17,714 bases of DNA from Candidatus Margulisiibacteriota bacterium (GTDB taxonomy: Bacteria; Margulisbacteria; WOR-1; O2-12-FULL-45-9), in contig JBDRHP010000058.1 of assembly GCA_043816785.1 (NCBI GenBank), positions 1 through 17,714 of the forward strand. Reading direction: 5' to 3'. How positions within the stretch are numbered: position 1 is the stretch's first letter; each line of letters starts with the position of its first letter. Of this stretch, positions 6,987-14,155 are shown piece after piece. Position numbers and translations under genes: made by a program. The notes beneath the pieces are model-generated. The model did not search any database. It had not been told where the DNA came from and saw only the letters and a program-made list of their open reading frames with translations.

Positions 6987-7069
6987 TAGAAAGTAGAACG
7001 TAGAGCGTGGAACGTAGGAGGAACAACTATTCCTACGTTCTATTTTCTGCTCTTTATGCTCTACGTTCT
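6987..7069. repeat. Inverted pair of heptamer (TAGAACG) tracts between the tRNA 3' end and four-helix-bundle gene 2; supplies that gene's stop codon
   Basis: TAGAAAG TAGAACG TAGAGCG TGGAACG TAGGA, loop, TCCTACGTTCTA...TGCTCTACGTTCT; inner 10 bp pair perfectly. Confidence 0.85.
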
Positions 7070-7426
7070 TTTGATCTCACCGGTTTTAACCGACTTAATC
7101 AAACCGCTGGTCATCTTTCCGATTTCATTCGCCAAGTCATACAAATAATTGTACTTTTCGTTAGTTATATAATTCAATTTCCAACATGCCTGGATCAATG
7201 GTACACATTCCAGCAGAGAACCTCTGGCAGTATTATAATACTGTCTCTTTTCTTTCCCATGCATTCGGCCTTGTCCCTCAGCAATATTCAGTGGTATCGA
7301 CATGGCTGCGCGGCGGAGCTGATCCTTGATATTCCTGTCCCTTAATAAACCATTAAGCGCGTAAACTGAAACTAAGAACTGCATGGCTTTCTTATAGACT
7401 TCCAGACCCTCAAACAAAAATGGCAT
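7061..7426 (-). CDS. Four-helix-bundle protein (TIGR02436 / 23S rRNA IVP-like), 121 aa
   Basis: MPFLFEGLEVYKKA...DQLRRAAMSIPLNIAEGQGR...ARGSLLEC...EIGKMTSGLIKS. True start is ATG 7426 after SD GGAGGTGAGG (7430-7439), not 7651. Confidence 0.93.
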   Translation of the reverse strand: MPFLFEGLEVYKKAMQFLVSVYALNGLLRDRNIKDQLRRAAMSIPLNIAEGQGRMHGKEKRQYYNTARGSLLECVPLIQACWKLNYITNEKYNYLYDLANEIGKMTSGLIKSVKTGEIKRT

Positions 7427-7450
7427 TAACCTCACCTCCGGAAAACATGT

Positions 7451-7467
7451 AGCAATCTTATTGCCAG
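7451..7467 (-). promoter_or_regulatory. Sigma54-type -24/-12 promoter of four-helix-bundle gene 2
   Basis: - strand CTGGCAATAAGATTGCT (GG-N10-GC); predicted +1 at about 7440, just before the SD. Confidence 0.7.
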
Positions 7468-7503
7468 GTTGCCGGCAGCTGGAAATAGGCAAGTGGGGAT
7501 GAT

Positions 7504-7527
7504 AAAGTGTCGAAATTACGACACTTT
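7504..7527. promoter_or_regulatory. Palindromic enhancer-like site TGT-N10-ACA
   Basis: AAAGTGTCG-AAATTA-CGACACTTT; core conserved at 357-373. Confidence 0.65.
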
Positions 7528-7538
7528 TTTTGGTACAA

Positions 7539-7587
7539 TAGGGGATAGATAGTAGAACGTAGATCGTAGAACGTAGAGCGTAGGTGC
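7539..7587. repeat. Heptamer (TAGAACG) tandem tract upstream of four-helix-bundle gene 2
   Basis: TAGGGGA TAGATAG TAGAACG TAGATCG TAGAACG TAGAGCG TAGGTGC; 16 bp identical to 6993-7008. Confidence 0.85.
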
Positions 7588-7661
7588 TATATGGAATGCG
7601 ACAAATCAAAAAATTTGAAAGAGTGTAATTGCGCCTTTGGGCTTTGGTCAAACATTGAGAC

Positions 7662-7690
7662 TTGTCTAATCGGCTAAAATTTTATATAAT
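7662..7690 (+). promoter_or_regulatory. Sigma70 promoter for the secD operon
   Basis: TTGTCT-N17-TATAAT, 14 nt before ATG 7705. Confidence 0.6.
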
Positions 7691-7704
7691 TACCCAATCG
7701 TCTG

Positions 7705-9039
7705 ATGAAGAAGAATATTAACCAACTTAGAATACTTATCCTGCTGGCCATCGTGGCCTTTTCCGTTTATGTTATCATGCAGCTGCCGATTACCCTGGGG
7801 CTTGATCTGCAGGGCGGGACCCGCTTAGTATTAGAAGGGCAGCCAACTGACAAGGTGCCTTTGTCTGATGATGCCATGGCTGGCGCAGTCGCGGTTATTC
7901 GCAACCGCATTGACGCATTAGGTGTGTCCGAGCCGATCATCCAGCGTAAGGGTAAAGATCAGATCGTGGTTGAACTGCCCGGGGTAAAGGACCCTGAACG
8001 CGCGATCAAGCTCATTGGTGATACGGCAAATTTAGAATTTGTTGAGGCTGAGTGGGCTCCGGCTGACGAATCAAAATTGACACCGATAAAAGTCAAGGAA
8101 TTCTATGGAGAGGAAGCTTACCTGGATAAGGTAAAACTCTTCAGGAATGGCGAGGTGGTCAGCGAAAAACCGATCATACTAAAGAAGGTTGTTTTAACTG
8201 GCGGGCTCTTGAAGGGGGCTTGGCCAGGAGTAGATGAATTCGGGAATCCGGTAGTTGATATTGAGTTCAATTCCGAAGGCGCCAAGACCTTTGCTGAAGT
8301 GACCGGCCGTGCCGTTGGCAGGCCGATCGCTATTTTGCTGGATAAAAAGATTATTTCTGCCCCAAATGTGCGTGAGCCGATCCCCTCAGGCAAGGCTCAG
8401 ATCTCCGGGGATTTCTCTATTGAGGAGGTTCAGGACTTTGTCATTAAATTAAAGGCAGGCGCGCTGCCGATACCTGTTAAACCCATTGAGACCCGCATTG
8501 TTGGCCCTACCCTGGGAAAAGACTCAATTAATAGGAGTAAGGTCGCGGGGCTGATCGGATTTGCGATCATTGCCGCCTTTATGGTCCTTTATTACCGGCT
8601 GCCGGGCTTTTTGGCCGATATCGCGCTGGGGATATACATTGTTGTCCTGCTCGCTGCTCTTTCGCTGCTCCATGCGACTCTGACCCTGCCTGGCATTGCC
8701 GGTATGCTGCTGTCGATCGGCATGGCTGTAGACGCTAATATCATTATCTTTGAGCGGTTAAAGGAAGAGCTGCGCCTGAAGAAAACTATCAGGCTGGCAA
8801 TTGATACCAGTTTTAAACGGGCCTTTTCCGCGATCGTTGACTCAAACGTTACCACGATTATTGCCGCGGCAACCCTTTTCTTTGTGGGGACCGGGACAAT
8901 CAAGGGATTTGCGGTGGTCCTGACCGTAGGTATCGCGGCTTCAATGTTTACCGCGATCGTGATCACCAGGATGTTAATGAGTATAATGGTCGACAGCAAG
9001 ATACTCTCAAGTTCAGAAACGAAAATGGTGTATAAATAA
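7705..9039 (+). CDS. secD: Protein translocase subunit SecD
   Basis: LGLDLQGG, RIDALGVSEP, VELPG, GALP, VGPTLG, LTLPGIAG, GMAVDANIIIFER, DSNVTT. Confidence 0.97.
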   Translation: MKKNINQLRILILLAIVAFSVYVIMQLPITLGLDLQGGTRLVLEGQPTDKVPLSDDAMAGAVAVIRNRIDALGVSEPIIQRKGKDQIVVELPGVKDPERAIKLIGDTANLEFVEAEWAPADESKLTPIKVKEFYGEEAYLDKVKLFRNGEVVSEKPIILKKVVLTGGLLKGAWPGVDEFGNPVVDIEFNSEGAKTFAEVTGRAVGRPIAILLDKKIISAPNVREPIPSGKAQISGDFSIEEVQDFVIKLKAGALPIPVKPIETRIVGPTLGKDSINRSKVAGLIGFAIIAAFMVLYYRLPGFLADIALGIYIVVLLAALSLLHATLTLPGIAGMLLSIGMAVDANIIIFERLKEELRLKKTIRLAIDTSFKRAFSAIVDSNVTTIIAAATLFFVGTGTIKGFAVVLTVGIAASMFTAIVITRMLMSIMVDSKILSSSETKMVYK

Positions 9040-9920
9040 TGTTTGATTTTGTTGGCCAAAGAAAATATTGGTTTATGTTGTCGGCCTTGCTGCTGACTTT
9101 AGCCGTGGGCTCTTTGATCTATAATGGGACTGTCCGCGGCAAGGCGATGAATTTTGGCATTGATTTTACTGGCGGGACCATGATCAGTTTAAGGTTTCCT
9201 GGCCAGGTCTCTGAGCGAGATGTCCGGGATATCCTGGCCAAGCACGGCCTGGAGCAAAGCGTTATTCAGAAAGCTGGCAAAAATGACATTTATATCCGGA
9301 CGGAGGAGCTGGAGCGGGGTTTAAGGCTTAAGATCATTGAAGAATTGAAAGGCCAATTTGGCGAGGTTGAGCTGCTGGAGGCGGATACGATCGGTCCGGT
9401 GATCGGCCAAGAGCTGCGCGCCCAGGCCTTGTGGGCGCTGCTGTTGGCTTCGCTCGGCATTATTATTTATGTTTCCTTCCGCTTTGAATTCAAATATGCT
9501 GTTGCTGCCTTGCTGGCGCTGTATCACGACGCAATTATTACCACGGGTATTGTGGCCCTATTATGGCGAAACATTGAAACGCCTTTTATCGCTGCCATCC
9601 TGACGATCATGGGTTATTCGATCAACGATACGATCGTCATCTTTGACCGCATCCGTGAGAACATCAAGAAGTATAGCGGCAAGAAGAAGAAATTCTCTGA
9701 AATAATCAATATTAGCATTAGCGAGACCATGGCCCGCTCGATCAACACAGTTCTAACAACTGTTATCATTGTCCTTGCTGTGTTGTTTTTTGGCGGTGAA
9801 ACGCTCAAGGATTTTGCCCTGGTGTTGTTAATTGGTTTTGCTGTTGGCGCCTATTCTTCGATCTTTTTGGCCAGTCCGATCGTGGCAGTCTGGGAAGCCA
9901 AAAACTTTAAGAAAAAGTGA
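9039..9920 (+). CDS. secF: Protein translocase subunit SecF
   Basis: FGIDFTGG, IGPVIG, RFE, HD, GYSINDTIVIFDRIRE, RSINT, GAYSSIF; TAATG overlap with secD. Confidence 0.97.
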   Translation: MFDFVGQRKYWFMLSALLLTLAVGSLIYNGTVRGKAMNFGIDFTGGTMISLRFPGQVSERDVRDILAKHGLEQSVIQKAGKNDIYIRTEELERGLRLKIIEELKGQFGEVELLEADTIGPVIGQELRAQALWALLLASLGIIIYVSFRFEFKYAVAALLALYHDAIITTGIVALLWRNIETPFIAAILTIMGYSINDTIVIFDRIRENIKKYSGKKKKFSEIINISISETMARSINTVLTTVIIVLAVLFFGGETLKDFALVLLIGFAVGAYSSIFLASPIVAVWEAKNFKKK

Positions 9921-10672
9921 AGTATTTACTCCTCGGAATAATCCAGGGATTAACCGAATTCCTCCCGGTATCTTCCTCTGGCCACCTGGTCATTCTCCAG
10001 ACATTCTTTAAAATGCCGGATAGTATTGCCTTTGATGTTATCGTGCACTTAGCCACAGGCCTAGCTGTTATTGTTTACTTTTGGAAAGATATTCTTAAAT
10101 TGTTTACTACTGAGCGTAAAATGCTCTGGCTGATAGCTGTGGCTACGGTTTTTACCGGGATCTTAGGCATAGGTTTTAAGGATTTTTTTGAAAGCCTATT
10201 CAGTTCAGTTGTTGCGGTAGGCGGATTCTTGATCCTGACCGGAGTTATCATCATGGTTGCGGAGTGGAAGGGCAGGGGTGGACGCGGCTTAAAGGAAATG
10301 AACTGGCTGGACGCGGTGCTGATCGGCCTGGCGCAGGGCTGCGCCATTGCGCCGGGTCTTTCCCGGTCCGGCACAACTATATCAGCTTCCCTGGGCAGGG
10401 ATCTGAACAGGACTTTAGCAGCGAGATTCTCATTTTTATTGTCTATTCCAGCGATTTTAGGAGCCGGCTTAATTCAGTCTAAAGCAATTATTAAAGCTGG
10501 GACAATGGGGATTGGGGCGTGGCCGTTAATTTTAGGATTTATAGCTGCCTTTGTGTCTGGGTTGCTGGCCATAAAGATCTTTATGAATATTATTCAGCGA
10601 ATGTCGATCAGGATCTTCGCTTATTACTGTTTTGTCTTGGGAATTATAGTTTTACTCATTAACATTTTTTGA
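9917..10672 (+). CDS. uppP: Undecaprenyl-diphosphate phosphatase (BacA family)
   Basis: QGLTEFLPVSSSGH, PGLSRSGTTI, ARFSFLLSIP; GTG start overlapping the secF stop. Confidence 0.96.
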   Translation: MKYLLLGIIQGLTEFLPVSSSGHLVILQTFFKMPDSIAFDVIVHLATGLAVIVYFWKDILKLFTTERKMLWLIAVATVFTGILGIGFKDFFESLFSSVVAVGGFLILTGVIIMVAEWKGRGGRGLKEMNWLDAVLIGLAQGCAIAPGLSRSGTTISASLGRDLNRTLAARFSFLLSIPAILGAGLIQSKAIIKAGTMGIGAWPLILGFIAAFVSGLLAIKIFMNIIQRMSIRIFAYYCFVLGIIVLLINIF

Positions 10673-10686
10673 ATCTTGGAGCCTTC

Positions 10687-11658
10687 GTGGCAAATGAATT
10701 TGTATACATTATCTCCAGTGAGCAGAAAGCCGAAAGGCTTGACCACTTTTTAGCTGTTCAAAAAGAAATAGCCTTGAGCCGATCGCAAATTCATCGATTA
10801 ATTGATGATGGTTTTGTTGAGGTCAATAAGGAAATCCACAAAGCAAGTTACAAGCTCAAGCCGGCTGACCGCGTGGTGGTCAGGATCCCTCCGCCAAAAA
10901 AGCTAGAGGTAGAAGCGGAGAATATTCCTCTTGATGTGGTTTATGAAGACGAAGACCTGATCGTGGTCAACAAGCCGCGCGGCATGGTAACCCACGCGGC
11001 TGTGGGGCATTATTCCGGCACCCTGGTCAATGCCTTGCTTTATCATTGTAAGGATCTATCTGGTATCGGGGGCGATCTCCGGCCCGGGATAGTCCACCGC
11101 CTGGATAAGGATACCTCTGGCTTGATAGTTGTAGCAAAAAGCAACCTTGGCCATCAGTCCTTAGCTAAACAATTCATGACCAGGAAAGTCTTTAAGCAAT
11201 ATCTGGCTTTGGTGCATGGTGTGCCCAAGGATGAAGAAGGGGTTATTGAGGCCAAGATTGGCCGACATCCTGTGCAGCGCAAGAAAATGGCGGTGATAGG
11301 GAATGGGGATCAGGGATTAGGGGGTAGGGCAAGGGAAGCGGTGACTTATTATAAGGTGTCAGAGAAGTTTAAAAATTACTCCCTGATTGAGGTGACTCTG
11401 GGTACTGGCCGCACGCACCAGATTCGGGTTCACCTGACCTCGCTGGGCCACTCAATAGTGGGGGACCCGACTTATGGCCATAAGAAAGAAGAATTTAAAG
11501 TTAATGGCCAACTGTTACATGCTGCTAAACTGGGTTTCTTTCATCCGCGGACTGGAGAGCATCTGGAGTTTGCAAAGGAAATGCCAAAAGATATGCAGGA
11601 GATCGTTAGCAGATTACGAAAGATGCCAGGATCATCAGGATCGAAGGCAGGCCAATAA
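10687..11658 (+). CDS. rluD: RluA-family pseudouridine synthase with S4 domain (RluD-like)
   Basis: RLD..L, SRSQI, NKPRGMVTH, GTLVNAL, HRLDKDTSG, TGRTHQIRVH, GDPTYG, LLHA. Likely GTG start at 10687 after GGAG. Confidence 0.92.
   Translation: MANEFVYIISSEQKAERLDHFLAVQKEIALSRSQIHRLIDDGFVEVNKEIHKASYKLKPADRVVVRIPPPKKLEVEAENIPLDVVYEDEDLIVVNKPRGMVTHAAVGHYSGTLVNALLYHCKDLSGIGGDLRPGIVHRLDKDTSGLIVVAKSNLGHQSLAKQFMTRKVFKQYLALVHGVPKDEEGVIEAKIGRHPVQRKKMAVIGNGDQGLGGRAREAVTYYKVSEKFKNYSLIEVTLGTGRTHQIRVHLTSLGHSIVGDPTYGHKKEEFKVNGQLLHAAKLGFFHPRTGEHLEFAKEMPKDMQEIVSRLRKMPGSSGSKAGQ
11295..11335 (+). repeat. In-frame heptamer (nnnAGGG) tract inside rluD
   Basis: GATAGGG AATGGGG ATCAGGG ATTAGGG GGTAGGG CAAGGG. Confidence 0.75.
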
Positions 11659-11884
11659 TGACGGAGGATTCTACTCCGCCAATGTTTAAGCCGATTATCT
11701 TTAGCATAAGATAGATCACAACCCCTGCCGTTATCCCCACCAAGGAACCGATAGAAACATTCATTATCTTAGAAAATAGCAGGTTGGCGTTTTTTCTGGC
11801 GCTTTGAAGAGAATTATCAACTTTTGGTAAAGCTGGTTTTGCTGACGGTTGAACTATTCTGACTACGAATTGATTTGTGCTCAC
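11606..11884 (-). CDS. Small hypothetical membrane protein (two hydrophobic segments)
   Basis: GTG start with SD AGGAGGAG (11892-11899) and a sigma28-like promoter; two C-terminal hydrophobic stretches; overlaps the rluD 3' end. Confidence 0.7.
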   Translation of the reverse strand: MSTNQFVVRIVQPSAKPALPKVDNSLQSARKNANLLFSKIMNVSIGSLVGITAGVVIYLMLKIIGLNIGGVESSVIIGLPSILMILASFVIC

Positions 11885-11905
11885 GTTTGATCTCCTCCTG
11901 ATTGA

Positions 11906-11932
11906 TTATCGGGAGGTGATCCGGAAAATTTC
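11906..11932 (-). promoter_or_regulatory. Sigma28-like promoter
   Basis: GAAATTTT-N11-CCCGATAA. Confidence 0.7.
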
Positions 11933-11990
11933 ACTATTTGGGAAAAATGAGGTGAATTAGGGAAGATAGAAATCGGGGATTACTTGGCAA

Positions 11991-12995
11991 TCAATGTTTC
12001 TCATCAGGAATTACTATAGTCCCATAGCGAGAATCAAAATTTCGTTCCCATATATCTAGGGTTCTTTCCATGGTGTGCTCCTCCGTTGTGATCATGTTTG
12101 GAATGTCAGGTGGGCGCATGGTTGTTTCCGGGACAAATTGGCTTGCCGCTGCATCATCTCCAAATGTTATGACTTGTGCTTCTCTAGATGAAAAGACAAA
12201 AGAGAAGGGCTGACCATTTTCGTCGAGCAACATGGTTGTTTCTCCATTTTCATTTACAACCTCAATAGTAAAGGCATAAGTTGCCCCATCCAGTAAAGAA
12301 GTACATGGTATATTGAGGCTTTGACCAATGATTCCATCTTCGAAAATGTAATCTTCTTGAACTCCTGATTGAGTGCTGTTCCAAATTTCGAGGTTGTAGG
12401 TTGAATTGCTGGGATTATTGTCATCCCATGAGATTGAAAGAGAGTCAATCTCTGGATCATTTATGATAATAGCAAACGATGGGGGATTAAGCGCTGGGGC
12501 GGTGCTGTTGACTATTTGTTCTTCTTCGGAAGCAATCGAAAAAGTTCTCTCCTCGCTTAATACTATTTTTCCTTCCCTACTGGCATTGGAAACGATATAG
12601 GAATAGCTTGTCCCTGGTTGGAATAGCTCTCTGGATACAATGCAACTGTTTGATTGGATTCCGTCTTCCTGAAACACGCTTATTCTCGAGTGCGGGGGCA
12701 GCATTATGCCGTCATGGGTCTCATAATCGGAGGTAACTCTATAAATCGTTAAGTTATAAGGCTCGCTATAATATCCTCCTTCCCACTCGAAGCAAATACC
12801 ATCATCGAGTTGAATGTCGTTGCCGAATGGTACAATCAAACTGATAGGGGAGGAATTAGTGTTTTCGCTATTGATAGTAACGTTGTCTGTTGGGATATCA
12901 AGGTCCTGATTAGGGGTGATATTACTAGGAAGAGTTGAAACTCTTAAAAGAGGAAGACTGGTTCCATTTATAGCCCCACTTATTGCATCAAACAT
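11991..12995 (-). CDS. Hypothetical acidic protein with FN3/Ig-like beta domains; paralogue of 13072-14118
   Basis: SD GAGGAGG; shares LS.SW.D, TYNLEI.N, DYI, GATYAF, LLD.NG.PF.F.FSS.E.QV..F with its neighbour. Confidence 0.8.
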   Translation of the reverse strand: MFDAISGAINGTSLPLLRVSTLPSNITPNQDLDIPTDNVTINSENTNSSPISLIVPFGNDIQLDDGICFEWEGGYYSEPYNLTIYRVTSDYETHDGIMLPPHSRISVFQEDGIQSNSCIVSRELFQPGTSYSYIVSNASREGKIVLSEERTFSIASEEEQIVNSTAPALNPPSFAIIINDPEIDSLSISWDDNNPSNSTYNLEIWNSTQSGVQEDYIFEDGIIGQSLNIPCTSLLDGATYAFTIEVVNENGETTMLLDENGQPFSFVFSSREAQVITFGDDAAASQFVPETTMRPPDIPNMITTEEHTMERTLDIWERNFDSRYGTIVIPDEKH

Positions 12996-13008
12996 TTATA
13001 TCCTCCTC

Positions 13009-13064
13009 AAGGGGAATATCTTGGTGGGGCGATTGCCCCTGGAGTTACTTTGGCCAGGGATGTG
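13009..13064 (+). pseudogene. coaX: Internal fragment of a diverged coaX allele
   Basis: 13011-13064 encodes GEYLGGAIAPGVTLARDV versus GEYLGGAIAPGVILARDA at 14623-14676; 46/54 nt identical. Confidence 0.88.
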
Positions 13065-13071
13065 TGGTTGT

Positions 13072-14118
13072 TTAATATTCATCATCTAGTGTATAGGAAA
13101 AAATGAGCAAATTTCTAATTAGTGCATTTGTTTGATCGGTTGCATTGGCTGCGTGCCATGCGCGCATGCTGTTGAGAACAAGTGTCTTGCGGGCCATCCT
13201 AGCGGAAAGACCCTGCAGCGCTTGCAAGGTTTGATCTGATACTTGTAAGCCTGGTTCATTTCTGAATGGTAACACTTGATTTTCTGTCGAGGAAAAGTCA
13301 AAAGTGAAGGGATTGCCATTTTGGTCAAGAAGCTCCGCAATTCCACCATTTGGATTTTCAGCTTCTAATCTAAATGCGTAAGTTGCCCCATTAATGAGCG
13401 GAGCATTTGAAAAGGAATAACTTCTTGAAGCCATACCCTCTACGTAGATGTAATCTAGTTCCCTTTCCGGATCATTAACGTTGGGATTGTAAATCTCAAG
13501 ATTATAAGTTGTCTCCTGGGAATTGTCATTGTCTACCCAGGATAAAGAAAGAAAATTAGTGGTTGGATCATTCTCGATTTCTGCAAATGAAACAGGTTCC
13601 AGCCTTGCGGGAGTTATAAAAAGTCCAATCTCCTCAGACCATAATGGTGGCGCTCCTTCACGGCTGGGATTGGCACCAACCCTCCAGAAATATTCTGTAT
13701 CAGGGCTTAAGTCAGAAAGATGCGGAAAGGTGACCCCAGACGCAGCTTCTCTTAGCACATCAAATTGGAGCGGGTCACTAAAATCCGGGTCAGTGCTGAT
13801 CTGCACAGCATAGGTCGTATTTTCCGGATTTGTTGGGGAGTTCCAGGTAAAGATGGGATCACCCGATACCTGGTCTATATCGGTTTGTAGATCAACAGGA
13901 GGCGCAACGTGAGCTAAGGGATCGGTATTATTAGTAAGAACCCGGCAAATACTTAGATCTTCTTCGGAAAGATCTGGAGCATGGCAGGGGTCACTAATAG
14001 TAACGCTGTCGGTTGTTGGTTCGTTAGAGCTTCCAATCGGTGACTCTAAAACACCCAGGCTGCTTGGCAGAGCAGCAGGTAGGTTGGAAACACTAACCCC
14101 AGCTAATCCATCAACCAT
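13072..14118 (-). CDS. Hypothetical acidic protein with FN3/Ig-like beta domains
   Basis: Start moved to ATG 14118 (SD GAGGAGG at 14125-14131); P.FTW...Y.VQISTDPDFS...L.PDTEYFWRV...WS is an FN3-like pattern. Confidence 0.82.
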   Translation of the reverse strand: MVDGLAGVSVSNLPAALPSSLGVLESPIGSSNEPTTDSVTISDPCHAPDLSEEDLSICRVLTNNTDPLAHVAPPVDLQTDIDQVSGDPIFTWNSPTNPENTTYAVQISTDPDFSDPLQFDVLREAASGVTFPHLSDLSPDTEYFWRVGANPSREGAPPLWSEEIGLFITPARLEPVSFAEIENDPTTNFLSLSWVDNDNSQETTYNLEIYNPNVNDPERELDYIYVEGMASRSYSFSNAPLINGATYAFRLEAENPNGGIAELLDQNGNPFTFDFSSTENQVLPFRNEPGLQVSDQTLQALQGLSARMARKTLVLNSMRAWHAANATDQTNALIRNLLIFSYTLDDEY

Positions 14119-14155
14119 TATTAACCTCCTCAAAGGGAATGCCTCTCTACTAATA

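Noticed and set aside
7007..7345. 112-aa + strand ORF
   Set aside because: It is antisense to the four-helix-bundle gene and starts inside a repeat tract.
7504..7531. Intrinsic terminator (9-bp stem plus T run) on the + strand
   Set aside because: The same core sequence occurs at 357-373 without the extended stem or T run and at identical spacing to the sigma54 motif, so a protein-binding site fits better. A dual role is not excluded.
1008..7587. CRISPR array interpretation of the repeats
   Set aside because: Units are 6-9 nt, contiguous and degenerate, with no unique spacers and no cas genes.
1..7587. Diversity-generating retroelement suggested by Avd-like genes
   Set aside because: No reverse transcriptase and no TR/VR pair with adenine-specific differences were seen in the window.
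7427..7651. 75-codon N-terminal extension of the four-helix-bundle ORF in the ORF track
   Set aside because: It runs through the promoter, enhancer and heptamer tract. The strong SD at 7430-7439 and the family N-terminus support ATG 7426.
6984..7704. Integrase-type genomic island at tRNA-Arg
   Set aside because: No integrase and no duplicated tRNA 3' end were found in the window.
11960..11990. Second coaX scar (AAGATAGAAATC resembling coaX AAGATAGAGATC)
   Set aside because: The match is only about 12 nt and does not extend, so it is compatible with chance.
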